Shown here: one piece after another, positions 11,576 through 22,854 of the stretch
Position numbering within the stretch: the stretch's first letter is position 1
How the letters are laid out: each line of letters opens with the position of its first letter
Source of the DNA: Polymyxa betae A26-41
Taxonomy: Eukaryota; Protista; Endomyxa: Phytomyxea
Direction of reading: 5' to 3'
DNA: 59,740 nt
Assembly (NCBI GenBank): GCA_003693705.1
Contig: RBZT01000583.1
Location: forward strand, 1-59,740
Made by a program: the position numbers and the translations under genes
The notes under the pieces: generated by a model
Told to the model about the DNA's origin: nothing
The model's database searches: none
The model's input: only the letters and a program-made list of their open reading frames with translations

Positions 11576-14062
11576 TTACGATCCATATCGGGACTGCCTA
11601 TAAGTTGAAGGCGACGCATCACGCCGTGGAGAATAAGAACGAGAATCCGATCTTCGCCGAGTGTGAGACTTAACAACCTGGCGCTCCAAAGAATGTGAAC
11701 GAGAGCTCGGAATCAGATTTTTGTTAGAGTATGAGCTTGAACTGGAATTCAAAGCTTGACGCTCTAAGGAATGTGATGGGGAGTTTGATATTTGATTATC
11801 CGAAAGGTGAGAGTTTGCCCGAGAGTTATCCACAGTTCGGTGTTCTGGAGACCGCGAACGTGTGATCAAATGTTGATTTTCTTCACAGTGTGCATTTGCA
11901 ACGGAATACTCCACGGCTTGCCGTTCCGGAGAACGCGAATTCAAATCTGGATTCTCATCAATATATGAACTTGCCTTGGAATGATGACGATTCGGAGAGC
12001 TGGGGGCAAAATGAAGAAAGTTGAAGCCAGGAGATTGAGGAGTGACTTCTGAACTATCCGCGCGATTCGAATTCGATGGCGACTGTCCAGCCAAAGTTGG
12101 CTAATGATTCTAGTTGCGACTTTCACAAAAAAGTTATTTACTAACTTTAGGTCTGCTTCGGTGCTCCTGCTTCACAACATCTGACGAATTCGCACCTTTC
12201 GTAGACAGGGGCATTACTGAAACGAATATTCTGGTTTGATTGTCGAGAACCCTCTCGGTGAACATCAGAGAGGATTTACCGATGTTAGATTGCCTATATA
12301 AGATGTGTAAGGAGCGTAAGAATATAAAGAGCAAGACTTCAAACCATCGGAAATAATTAATGAAGCTTTCCAACGTGGACAAGCCGACTTGAATCAACCG
12401 CTTAGCAAAATCCCGCTCATATCGCGAACTATACATCTAAAAAGGTTCAGCAGATTCCGACATATTAGTATGAGCTGAACTAAAAGTAAACCATTGGAAT
12501 AGTTTTCACATCGCAGCACGTAGAAGACGATTTCGTCTGCAGCAACTGAATGACCTAAAAGATATGGTAAGCATTACAGAAAATGTTTGCTCTAACATAC
12601 CTCTTTTTCTAAAGAAGCAGTAGATGACTCGATGATAGCTGGAGGGGGTAATGAGACTGGCGAAACAGTTTCATTGACAACGGCAAGGGTGCGAGGACTA
12701 ATTCATGTTAAGCAAATGCCAACTGACAGATCCATCACAAATTACGAATGTCCAACAGTCTGAGCAGATCCGCCGGTATCTTGAGTACGGAAAGCCCCAG
12801 CTTGCGCAGACGATGTTCCCTAAACGAAATCAGAAGAGGTAAGAAGCGTAAACGATAATCTAACAGAAGAGGAGTGAGTGATGAAATGCTGCGAGCTTGT
12901 TCTATTGACTTGAGCAGATAGTTGAGACGGAACAGAAACAAACTGAGAAGCAGGGGAAGCTGTGACGAAATAAACAAGAAATGTCATGACTGCAATCGCT
13001 TAGAATTTGCCTGAATGTTGAATTTGACTTTGGCTTGAGCTTGGAGTACTTACTTGACGAGATTCGGGCACGGAATGCGTAGGGAATGGGGACGAAATCG
13101 GTAAATGCGACGATGATGTAGGAAATCTTGGAGCTGAAGAAAGAGAGACAGCACCACTCTGATCAGCTGTCGCGGTCGTATTTGGACAGCTTGGAATGCC
13201 TTCAGTGATGTTGGAAGACAACGAAGGAGAAAGAGGTAAAGATGACGGGGTCTCAGCGACTGAAAAATGCTGCAGCCTGGGAGTTGTCTCGGGCTCACAT
13301 GGAGCTTGAGTGGAGCTTGCTGATTGTGGAGTTTGAAGGATGACCATCGGGTCAAAGTAGGTAGTATCAACCTGAATAGGTTGTGAAGGATCAGGTAAAT
13401 TGCTTGCAGGAGCAAAATCATCATCACTAGCCAGTTGTTGGTCCTTATTTGCGGGGCTCGTAGTGAAATTAGTCGAAGTGTGAAGTGCAGACGACGGCGA
13501 AGCCACTTCTGAAGGAACGGATTGGCCCGGCACATTTATAGGGGATTCAGTGCCAGGTCGAACATCGGTGTAGAGAAAGGCTGGATCACTGGGAGCGACA
13601 GTATACATCGCATGCACCATGGATTTCAATTCATCAGCAAATTCAGCAACACTGCTTAAAAATAATCCAAGATTATCGAGTCGGTGTTGACTGGATGGCA
13701 CTTGTGCTCTGAGAGCCTTACATAGCGCTTCAGCCTGGAACTGTTTAGGTATACGATAGAAACAATCAACGAAAACATTGAAATGAATGCCACAACAGCT
13801 ACAGAATCTGACACAGATATATAAAAATCCAAATTAACACCAAATAAGAAAGTGAACAAACTGCACAAAACAGCTCAGTTCTTACTTGGATACGTCGTTT
13901 TCTCTCAACAACTAGCTCAGCCTCGACCATCTGTATGCGTTGTTCAAACTCGGATCGTTGTACATCGAGATTCTTCTGACATTCACTGGCGAATCCGGTT
14001 TGCAGCTCCTGTATGAGCCGGGTCAATGTTGGCGAATTGATCATGGCCATCTGGGCCGCCAT
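11576..14062 (-). CDS. Hypothetical Ser/Pro-rich protein(s), multi-exon, N-terminal coiled coil
   Basis: Co-oriented open segments 13799-14062, 13000-13701 and 11576-12094 separated by intron-like AT-rich gaps. No recognisable domain; may be one or two genes. Confidence 0.45.
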
Positions 14063-14337
14063 CTACTGGCCAGCTTGATCAGCTATCGATAAAGCTCTAC
14101 GCAGTTGCGCGACCCGTTCAAATTTGTTGCATTAGTTACGTTACACTCTCAGAAAAATCGTCACGAACGGCTATTGGATCGATCATCAATCATCCGATTT
14201 AAAAAGTAGGATCATTAGCAGAAAATGACGTACTGATTTTAAAGACGTTAGATATAAGCAAGTGCTGAGACATTAGTTGTATTAATGAATGAAGTAGTTA
14301 AGATGATAGGAAAACACAGGCCATGCTACCAGCAAAT

Positions 14338-15405
14338 TTAGTGATCCTTCTCGAGATGGCGTTCAAGACCTCTAGAGCTGCCGAATTTCTTAGGACACAG
14401 CGAACAATGGTGTTCGTAGTGTTGTCTTTGATGGTATTTCAAGCTCTTTTTAGGCATCGTTTCTTGACACTTTTTGCAAGTAGCCATTTCATCATTACTT
14501 GATATTTCCAACTTATCATCGTCCTTGTCATCATCAATTTGAGCGCCTTCCGCAATATTCTCGGATTGTACTTGGGCATCCTCTATAGCTTCGTCTTTCT
14601 CAGGATCAGGAACGTTTTCGGTCGCATTGTTGCCCTTGGATTTCTTTTCCTTTCTTAGTTTTCTTGGCTGAGTGACTGATCCGTTGGCCTCGACAATCGC
14701 TTCGTTCTGCTCAAAAGTAGGCTGATTAGGCTCAATTGGCACAGAATTCGCAGTAGTTCGCTTCGACTTCGTTGCAGATTCTTTTTTCTGCGAAGTAGCT
14801 TTGATTGGCTCAGGTGCATCTTGTTTAGGCAATTCCTTCTCTTTAGCCTGAGTCAGGGCTTTTTTCGGCTCGGAGGCAGACTTCCTCGACATTGGCTTCT
14901 TGGCTGTAGGTTTCGCAGTTGTCTGAGCCAAAGGGAGGCTATTCGTCGATGAGCTGTCGTCATCGGACACCTTCTGAGCGCCGCTTTTCGGTGTTTCAGT
15001 GACATTGGGGAGTGATAACACAGGTGTAATCTTATGCTGGATAGGAGAGCCTCCAGATTGCCCAAGCATTGTCTTTTGCTGTGGCATCGTAGTAGTTGAA
15101 GCCGGAGAACGGAAACACGTTTTCTTCGCAGGCGTTTGATTATCGTCATTGTCGCTTAGGTCGATGTAAATATGGTCGCGATCTTCGAATACATCAGCAA
15201 CAACATCGTCAACGTCGAGATCAAATCTATCTGCGCATTGTAACCTTGGTGCCCGAATTTGGCGACCGGAATACAATTTGCTGTACTTTGCCTGTATTGT
15301 CAGGGCAAGATCGCCAAGAGAGTCGGACGGACGGGCAAGTTGAACGAACTTTCGGTCGCGGCAATGGACAAAAAGTCGCAGGAATGGTCGTTCAGAAACG
15401 CTCAT
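14338..15405 (-). CDS. Net1/Tof2/Dnt1 N-terminal-like domain + Lys-rich linker + two C2H2 zinc fingers
   Basis: RKFVQLARPSDSLGDLALTIQAKYSKLY...LQCADRFDLDVDDVVADVFEDRD resembles the Cytokin_check_N pattern. C-terminal CKKC..HQRQH and CSLC..HLEKDH. Confidence 0.7.
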   Translation of the reverse strand: MSVSERPFLRLFVHCRDRKFVQLARPSDSLGDLALTIQAKYSKLYSGRQIRAPRLQCADRFDLDVDDVVADVFEDRDHIYIDLSDNDDNQTPAKKTCFRSPASTTTMPQQKTMLGQSGGSPIQHKITPVLSLPNVTETPKSGAQKVSDDDSSSTNSLPLAQTTAKPTAKKPMSRKSASEPKKALTQAKEKELPKQDAPEPIKATSQKKESATKSKRTTANSVPIEPNQPTFEQNEAIVEANGSVTQPRKLRKEKKSKGNNATENVPDPEKDEAIEDAQVQSENIAEGAQIDDDKDDDKLEISSNDEMATCKKCQETMPKKSLKYHQRQHYEHHCSLCPKKFGSSRGLERHLEKDH

Positions 15406-15881
15406 GATTTGTCTGAAACCAGGACCCGTCTCTTTAACAGCTCAAAATGACAATTGTCCGGAAATTTGCCATGGTCATGCATGGGGGGTTCGGGGGTCAA
15501 AATGTCATCAAATTGCGTAACTTTTCCGAAAATGCGAAATAATCTTCCGAAATTGCGTAGAAGTTCTTGGAATCCGAATCGCAGAAACAAAGATCAGTCG
15601 TTCACTTCCAGTAATCTTGAAATGTTTATTTGAAATCTAAACTAAACCCAAGTTTACTGAGATTGCTAACGTACAACAATTGCCTGCTTGCCGTTAACAA
15701 CTCATTATCTTGTCTGTTTATTCATTATCTGGTCGTGCTTCTGGTGCATTCCGGTCCCGAGAACTAATACCATGAAAACGATAGCGGGTGTGTGTCATTG
15801 CAGATATAATCGTTGATGTTTTAACCTCCAGTTACCAAGTATGGTACTAGACCATTTCTAAATAGCAATAACATGTATTCT

Positions 15882-16103
15882 TTAGGGGCTTGAATTAAGT
15901 CCCCAATGACGAGGAGAAAACGTGTACACTTTGCTTTCTCTCATTCTTGGACGTTTGAAGGATTTAGATGATGTTAATGGGGTTCTGGTCGATATTAGAC
16001 TATTATTAGGTGATTTCATAGATCGACGTCGACATAGGATCATAGTAATGAGAATAATAATCAGGACACCGACTAGTAGAGTAGCTGTAAGTATTGGGAC
16101 CAT
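15882..16103 (-). CDS. Possible small single-pass membrane protein (or one exon of it)
   Basis: Hydrophobic ILTATLLVGVLIIILITMILC followed by RRR; gene structure not resolved. Confidence 0.3.
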   Translation of the reverse strand: MVPILTATLLVGVLIIILITMILCRRRSMKSPNNSLISTRTPLTSSKSFKRPRMRESKVYTFSPRHWGLNSSP

Positions 16104-16470
16104 TCCAATTAGGTGCAGTTAATGATAGCAACATTGCTTGGCACGCGGTCATGTCAGCTCTCATATCTGAAACGATCAACACATGATTGACACAAATGAA
16201 ACATATCTTCACCAAGGTCAGTATCTTGAAAAATTTCACACAGTTTTCAGCACTAAAGTTACATTGAAAATATATAAAGTAAACTTCTAGAGAAGCAATT
16301 AACAATTTAACCAAAACCACAGGTTTGATTGCTGAAAGAGTTGTGGAACTGGAACTGCAATGCGTGACAGGGTTGGGTTGACTGTGTTTAGGGTTTCTCA
16401 TGACTGCATGCAATTGCTGCGGATCAGCCGAATTCCGGATCTGTCATTGGGTTTCTGAGAACCCTGAATC

Positions 16471-17379
16471 ATGACAACAATTCGTATTCTGGATGGTGGC
16501 ATGAGCCGCGAATTAACCCGATTAGGAGCCCAATTATATCAGCCCGAATGGTCGGCAGCAGCCCTTATCGAGACGCCCGAAATAGTTCGCAAGGTTCATG
16601 ACGAATTTATTGAGGCTGGCGCCGATATCATTACTACTAACAGCTATGCTCTTGTTCCATTTCACATCGGCGAACAGCGATTCCGTTCTGAAGGTGCCTC
16701 ATTGATCAGTTTATCTGGGGAGTTGGCAAGGGCGGCAGCGAACTCTAATACTCAACGTAAGGTGCTGGTAGCAGGCTCATTACCACCAATATTCGGCTCG
16801 TATGAACCTCAACGTTTTGATCCAACTCGTGTTCACGACTATCTATCAGTTCTGGTAGAGAACCTCTCGCCTCATGTTGATGTATGGTTGGGCGAGACCT
16901 TAAGCTTGATCGCCGAAGCCGAGGCTGTTCGTTGTGCTGTCCAGGCATCTGGAAAGCCATTCTGGGTTTCGTTTACTTTGTCGGACGATGCCGGAGCGGT
17001 TGAAGATGTACCAAGGCTAAGATCTGGTGAGACTGTGACGGAAGCTGCTCGATGGGCGACTGAATCAGGTGCTGCCGCCCTGCTCTTCAATTGCAGTCGT
17101 CCAGAAGTTATGACAAAAGCTGTTCAAGTCGCCGCAAAAATGTTGAAGGAAACTGCAATTGAGATGGGCGTGTATGCGAATGCTTTTGAGGGTGAACAAG
17201 AAGGGAACGCTAATGGGACCCTTCATGAAATTCGGGATGATCTAACTTCCGATCGGTATTGTCTATTTGCTGACGAATGGTATCGTGCTGGAGCGACACT
17301 GATTGGCGGATGTTGTGGAATCAGTGCTCAACATATCTCTCGCCTTGTCGCAGCCAAACGCGATTTTCACTGGAAATAA
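16471..17379 (+). CDS. Homocysteine S-methyltransferase family protein, intronless
   Basis: ILDGGMSREL, QPEWSA, AGADIITTNSY, VAGSLPP, LLFNCS, GVYANAF and IGGCCGI (Zn-binding cysteines). Confidence 0.95.
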   Translation: MTTIRILDGGMSRELTRLGAQLYQPEWSAAALIETPEIVRKVHDEFIEAGADIITTNSYALVPFHIGEQRFRSEGASLISLSGELARAAANSNTQRKVLVAGSLPPIFGSYEPQRFDPTRVHDYLSVLVENLSPHVDVWLGETLSLIAEAEAVRCAVQASGKPFWVSFTLSDDAGAVEDVPRLRSGETVTEAARWATESGAAALLFNCSRPEVMTKAVQVAAKMLKETAIEMGVYANAFEGEQEGNANGTLHEIRDDLTSDRYCLFADEWYRAGATLIGGCCGISAQHISRLVAAKRDFHWK

Positions 17380-17915
17380 ATCGCCAATACTGAATGCTGA
17401 TTTCGCGAACAGAGACATTCATTTCGAAAGGACTTGTGTGATGAAATCCTTTGTGATTGTTTCTCTATTTTAAGCCACAAGGTGCATCGGCATGATTCTT
17501 GATTAGGTTCCAAGTAGGCTGATTTTAAACCAACCTGTATGCTGTATTCAATGTTAGGGAGTTATCCTTCTGTATGATAATCAGGTACTGTACTTGATAT
17601 TTCATGGGCTTTATGATCCCCTCATGTCAAGATCTTTAAATCCGAGTCGACCTTGTGTTGCGATCTTCTCATCTCGCAATGATATTGCTGATTCATAAAA
17701 CAAATCCGTTCTCTAAATAAAAGAATCTATTCCAGTGCAACTCAGCAAATTACTGTCACAAAAAACATTTCCAATCTGAATGAGCTCAAAGGGCATTCAG
17801 TATAATGATAAAGACGGAATTGTTCTCATTTCAAGACCGAAGAATCTAAAGCAGTTCGGTGGCCATTATACGTATATTATTTCATACATCATCTCTTTTG
17901 AAATATGATAAAGAT

Positions 17916-18642
17916 CTAAGCGAACATTGTCTGAAATTCATGAAAGTCAATAGTTTGACCATCATTATTTGGGCTGGCCTGCTTTAATAGATCGTCCAGA
18001 CGGATTGTCAATCCAAAATCCTTACAGACGATTTTCTTCAACTTGGCATAGCTAATAGTTCCGGTCTTATCTGGATTGCCACCTAGCGCTACGAACGCTT
18101 CAACGATATCGCTGTCGTCGGAAACCTTGGAGGCGTGCGCCTTCTGCGACTGAATCACCTTGAGAAATTCAGGAAAATCAATAGACCTGTACGACAATGG
18201 TAAATTTGGACAAATTCAATAGATGAAAATGATATGCAGATAGCAGATGAGCAAATTCTTTAAAAGACGCGTTCCCGTTCTGTTTGCCACGATGAAGCAG
18301 AACATAAAATGGATGATATCAACACATATTTAGAAATGAATAACGAACAAACATAGATCATCGAAGATAATGAATAGCCATGAGAGATTGAATATAGAAT
18401 CATACCCGCTCATATCTTCATCAACCATGGATATCATGGCAAATACAGCCTCTGAGCAATGTCTCAGCTCTGTACTCCAATAAGATGACAATCATTTCAC
18501 CTTGAGTAGGTTTCTGTCGCATTGATGTCTCCAAAGCCTGAGATAGCTCCCATACATCTATCGTTCCGCTGTTATCTTTATCGAATTTTCGAAACGCATC
18601 ACGACATCGCTTGACCTCGGCCTCGCTCATCTCAGAATCCAT
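17916..18642 (-). CDS. EF-hand calmodulin-like outer-arm dynein light chain (LC4 / 18 kDa type), 3 exons
   Basis: AFRKFDKDNSGTIDVWEL, MISMVDEDMSGSIDFPEFLKVI and the LC4-characteristic EAFVALGGNPDKTG...KDFGLTI. Confidence 0.85.
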
Positions 18643-19866
18643 GATCGTTTACCACGAATAAGTTAGATCGAGATGTACACCTGGTTCCATCTCAAGTTAA
18701 TAACTATCAACCAGCAACCAACACGGTAATAATATTCTACGATCATCATTCATCTGCTACGTGAGTCCTCGATCATGACCTTGATAAAACCAACTAATAA
18801 TGCAGTACAAGAAATACAACAAATTCATCTCCAACAGCCGTGCTGTTGTTATTAATGGTCGGGTATGGCTCTGCAGGACATCAAAGTCATAGCTTACATC
18901 ATGATCGTCTAAAGAGACGAATTTAAGTGGTCTGTTCCTTGAGTCTTAGCCTGAATTTTCGAAATTCTTTATTGAATATGCAGAGAGAGGCAGGAATGAG
19001 ACAATAGAGGTTGTGCTTTGAGAGATCTGGTCGTCTTCATTGACGACCAACAGCAATGGAGCGCCGGCGATTGTCGGTGACGTTGCCGACGAAAGCCTTC
19101 GCCCAGACGGCTCTTTCTAATCCGAACCAATAAAATTGTTGAGTAGGTATTGCAGACATTGCTGGCTGGATGACAATATAACATGAATGGACAGAATGGT
19201 ATCGTAAAAAGATCGCAACTGTTATAACAGTTCTGCAGTAGGCTCCCATGTCAAGGAGAGGCTGATACAGATTTTAATATGTCTTATTAGTAAAGCTTTA
19301 AAATAACCTTCATTAGAAATAAACGTAATCTTCTAGCTCTCTGTGATTTCTCTGATTACTGAAGAATGAGAATCTGCCATAAGAAGGCATCCAACATCGA
19401 GCCTTGCTATACAACTGACAAACCTTAGAAAACCGGCGGACGCCAACACTTACGGTAGAAGTAATACTTGTGCAGGACCCCCCAAAGCAACATTGGGAAA
19501 TCTATCGTCATACTTCAATAATCGTTCTGATGAACCGGGTGATAGGATCGGCGATTTACTCATCCATCTGGAGGCAAATACTACTGCTCTTGGATATAAA
19601 ATTGTCCAGGTTAAAAGGCAATGGCGGCTTTCTCGACTTCGCGCTTCGCTTTCCAGTTTGACGATGATCTGATGGAAGTTTATAGATAACTGTTGCATTC
19701 CGAGTAGCCTCTGTCTAGATTGTAGAATGAAAGAATTGATTGTTATATCACGAGATAGAGTTGACCCTTTCACGGATCGATTCGGGTTTTTCTTCATACA
19801 AATTAATTGTGAGGTGATTCAACTCCTAATAGCCCTGATTTCGATCAGGTTTGTCATACACTATAG

Positions 19867-21020
19867 ATGCAGCCGATTGGATCGGCAGCTCTGCCTGTAC
19901 CCGACAGTAGACGAGTCATCACGATTCGAATCGTGATGGTCGTTGGTCTGATTGCAATGGGCGCCCTGAGTTTCTTTCTGATGCCGACCGCCATAGACAT
20001 TCTAACAAGTATTACTAAAAGTTATGATCGAAGGAATATCGGCTACATTGTAATGTGGTTTATTGCCTTCTGTATTAATGGCTCTCCAATCTCTGTCGCA
20101 TCTCTGTAAGCAGTCCCATCACTCGCTGTTATCATTTGAAGTTCTGCTCTACTTCTGATTTCTGGTTCATTGTGACTACTGTATCATTTTTCATTTCAAT
20201 ATTTCTTTAGATACATTTGCCTTGATTCAAACCTTTTTCGTTTATCCTCTTATCTTTCTCGTGTTTGTGACTTCTTGTTCTACTTCTGCTCATGTTTCTA
20301 CTTGTGTCAATTTGCTAATTGATGTATATCAGGCCTGTGGCTTTAACTTCTGGGTTTCTATACGGATGGTGGGCTTTTCCATTGGTATAAGCAGCAAGTT
20401 CCTTTCATCAAACAGTAATGTAACTTGACCAATAGGGTTACTGTGGTCTAATTCTTGGTGCTCACGTATCAATTCGAATTGTTCGATGGCTGGCCGGTAA
20501 TGGTAATCGGGTCTTGGCTCTGCTGTGATCACGCTGTTTTGACCCATCTTCAGGGCACGTTTCAGTGACAGCGGTTCGTCAAATGTTCGGTTCGTATTCC
20601 GAGAAAATCGTGGCTTTTGAGCAAGCACTAAAAGAGCATGGCGTTCAGATGGTTGCTTTGCTTCAGCTGAGCGTTTTACCTTTTGGAATCCTGAATGGTC
20701 TTCTGGGTTTAACTGAAGTCAAGCTGAGTCAACACTTTTTGGCAACAATGGTGACCCGAACAAAGCTGCTTCTGTACGTTTGGATTGGAATGTCGGCTCC
20801 AGATATCGCTGTCCTCATACGGGACCTACAATCTGGTTCTTTTGACTTCCGCTCCGCAAGAACCATCTTGTTTTCTCTGGTCATTGTGTTTACCTTCGTG
20901 GCTTTCGTGATGATATTTATCCATGTCAGAAAGCAGCTGAGGAGGTTTCAACAACCTTCGCAATCTGTTCCATCTTCGCCAGATCCAAGTGAAATGGCAA
21001 CGAGTCAATCAACGACTTAG
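19867..21020 (+). CDS. TVP38/TMEM64 (VTT/DedA, SNARE-associated Golgi) membrane protein, multi-exon
   Basis: Multiple TM segments; EQALKEHGVQMVALLQLSVLPFGILNGLLGLTEVKLSQHFLAT matches the VTT domain pattern. Confidence 0.8.
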
Positions 21021-22854
21021 CATTCTCTCTCCTGTTATTTATTGAATATATTATCTAGAATATTCCTCTAACAAGGTATAATGTCGGTTATCAGCTTTTA
21101 GTGTGCAAAATATCTCAAATTCGATAGTGGCGCGTGGGCTACAACGTCAATCGATTTCAATTCTCTGAGTTTTGCAGCGAGATGTCTACAGCGTTCACTG
21201 TTAATAGCCAAGAACTTAAAATCCTCAAACAAAGAAGAATTGCCAAACCGGAGAATATCTGGCTGAGGACTCGGTTGCTCCCGAATTTCCACATGGAGGT
21301 TACGAGATGTATTCAACCAGCACCAATTGCTTATCGATCCCGATCACATCCTCTATATAACCTATCTGCTACAACATTATGCCAATGGAACATCTGTTCG
21401 GGCGGCAGCCGTCGAAGTCGTTTTTTGCCATCTTAACGCATGCTACTAATCTTTGTCAGCCAGTTCGTTGCGAACGGCTGCTTCCTGCATCAATGAAGCA
21501 GCTGGACATTTCTGAGACTCAATTTCATCAACTCGAAGGATAAAAATTGAACTATGATTTATCTTACATGATACGATGGTCTGACCAAACCATTATGTGA
21601 AATCGTACTGCTCGTAAAGCTTCTTCTTGAAACAAAAGTGTGATGTTCACAAGGCACAATAGCAAATGAAGGAATTACAGTATAGGCCGGGATTCATGAC
21701 GATGGGATTTAAAAAAAAAGGTAGAATTATGAGAGTGATTTGTTCAAAGGGGCCATGAAGGTGAACATTGACTGATCAGGTTTTTAACTGAACAAAATGA
21801 CAGCTGCGATCAGTTCATCTGCGAGTAAATCGAATTGAAACTAAACGTCATGCAGACGACTATGAAACATGTAGTTCTAGTCTCTAGGAATGTAAAGCAT
21901 CGTTTAGATTCTCCTCTGTATTTTTAATGATTTCTTTTATCCGCTGGTTGGTCAGAGTATGGGAATACGTCTTGGTTTAAATTGAGTTTTAAGAGAATAT
22001 GCAGTTGCACGAAGCTCTAAATCAAAGCAAGGATTCTGCATTGCGGGCCGCTGATGACAAACTCAGTACGAAATGGAGAAATATCTTTCAAATAGAAAAG
22101 GAATCCCAATGGACCCTTGACATGCTTCACTGAATTCCAATTCGTACAAGATGGCGGAGGTGGTAAGTGAAAATTCGGATAATTTCCCAATTTTCTGGAA
22201 TTGTTTAACAGGACAGAGGATCGAATATAAATTTTGTCTTCTAGACATCCTTGATAAAGATGGGAAAGCAAGACGTGATAATAGACAGAACAGTTCCTCA
22301 ACAGCAGCTTGAAGTACAGCTGCATTACGCTATGATCTGCTTCGATGTCAGCATTCAACCATAAGAGAAGTTACAATTATCTCACATCGCTTTTATTCAT
22401 CCTACAACAGAGATGTTCGGTAGATCCATAATCATCAACAGAAAGTATTCTCGAAAGAGTCCCGAAGAAAGAAAACAGTTTTGATCAGATCATTATGAGC
22501 ATAATGTTATCCGAATAGAACAAGTTTCTGCAAGTGCCTTTAAATGCGAAAGAAGCCAGCTATGGCACTGTATTTCGACAATCAGATAGCACATGTATAA
22601 CCAAATCAATCTTCAAGTTCTACGTGGAAAATGTTGCCTTATCGAGTCTGATTGTGTTTACAACCGATAATGTGTCAGAGAAAAGAGTGATCAGGATCTA
22701 GACCGGATCCGACTGAATCGTATCAAACTGCATCTTTTACTTAAATAACGATTATTGTACAGTAGTTTGGAGAATCCCAATAAACATGACCCAACTTGAC
22801 AACTTGTGCGGGAATTTAGAATTGAGATCTGCGTCATTTCTGTGATTAATCTTA

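Noticed and set aside
18700-19800. Short ORFs on both strands
   Set aside because: No domain or credible splice chain could be assembled.
21098-22700. Possible minus-strand multi-exon gene
   Set aside because: The last segment (21098-21316) looks coding, but I could not build a gene model or assign a family.
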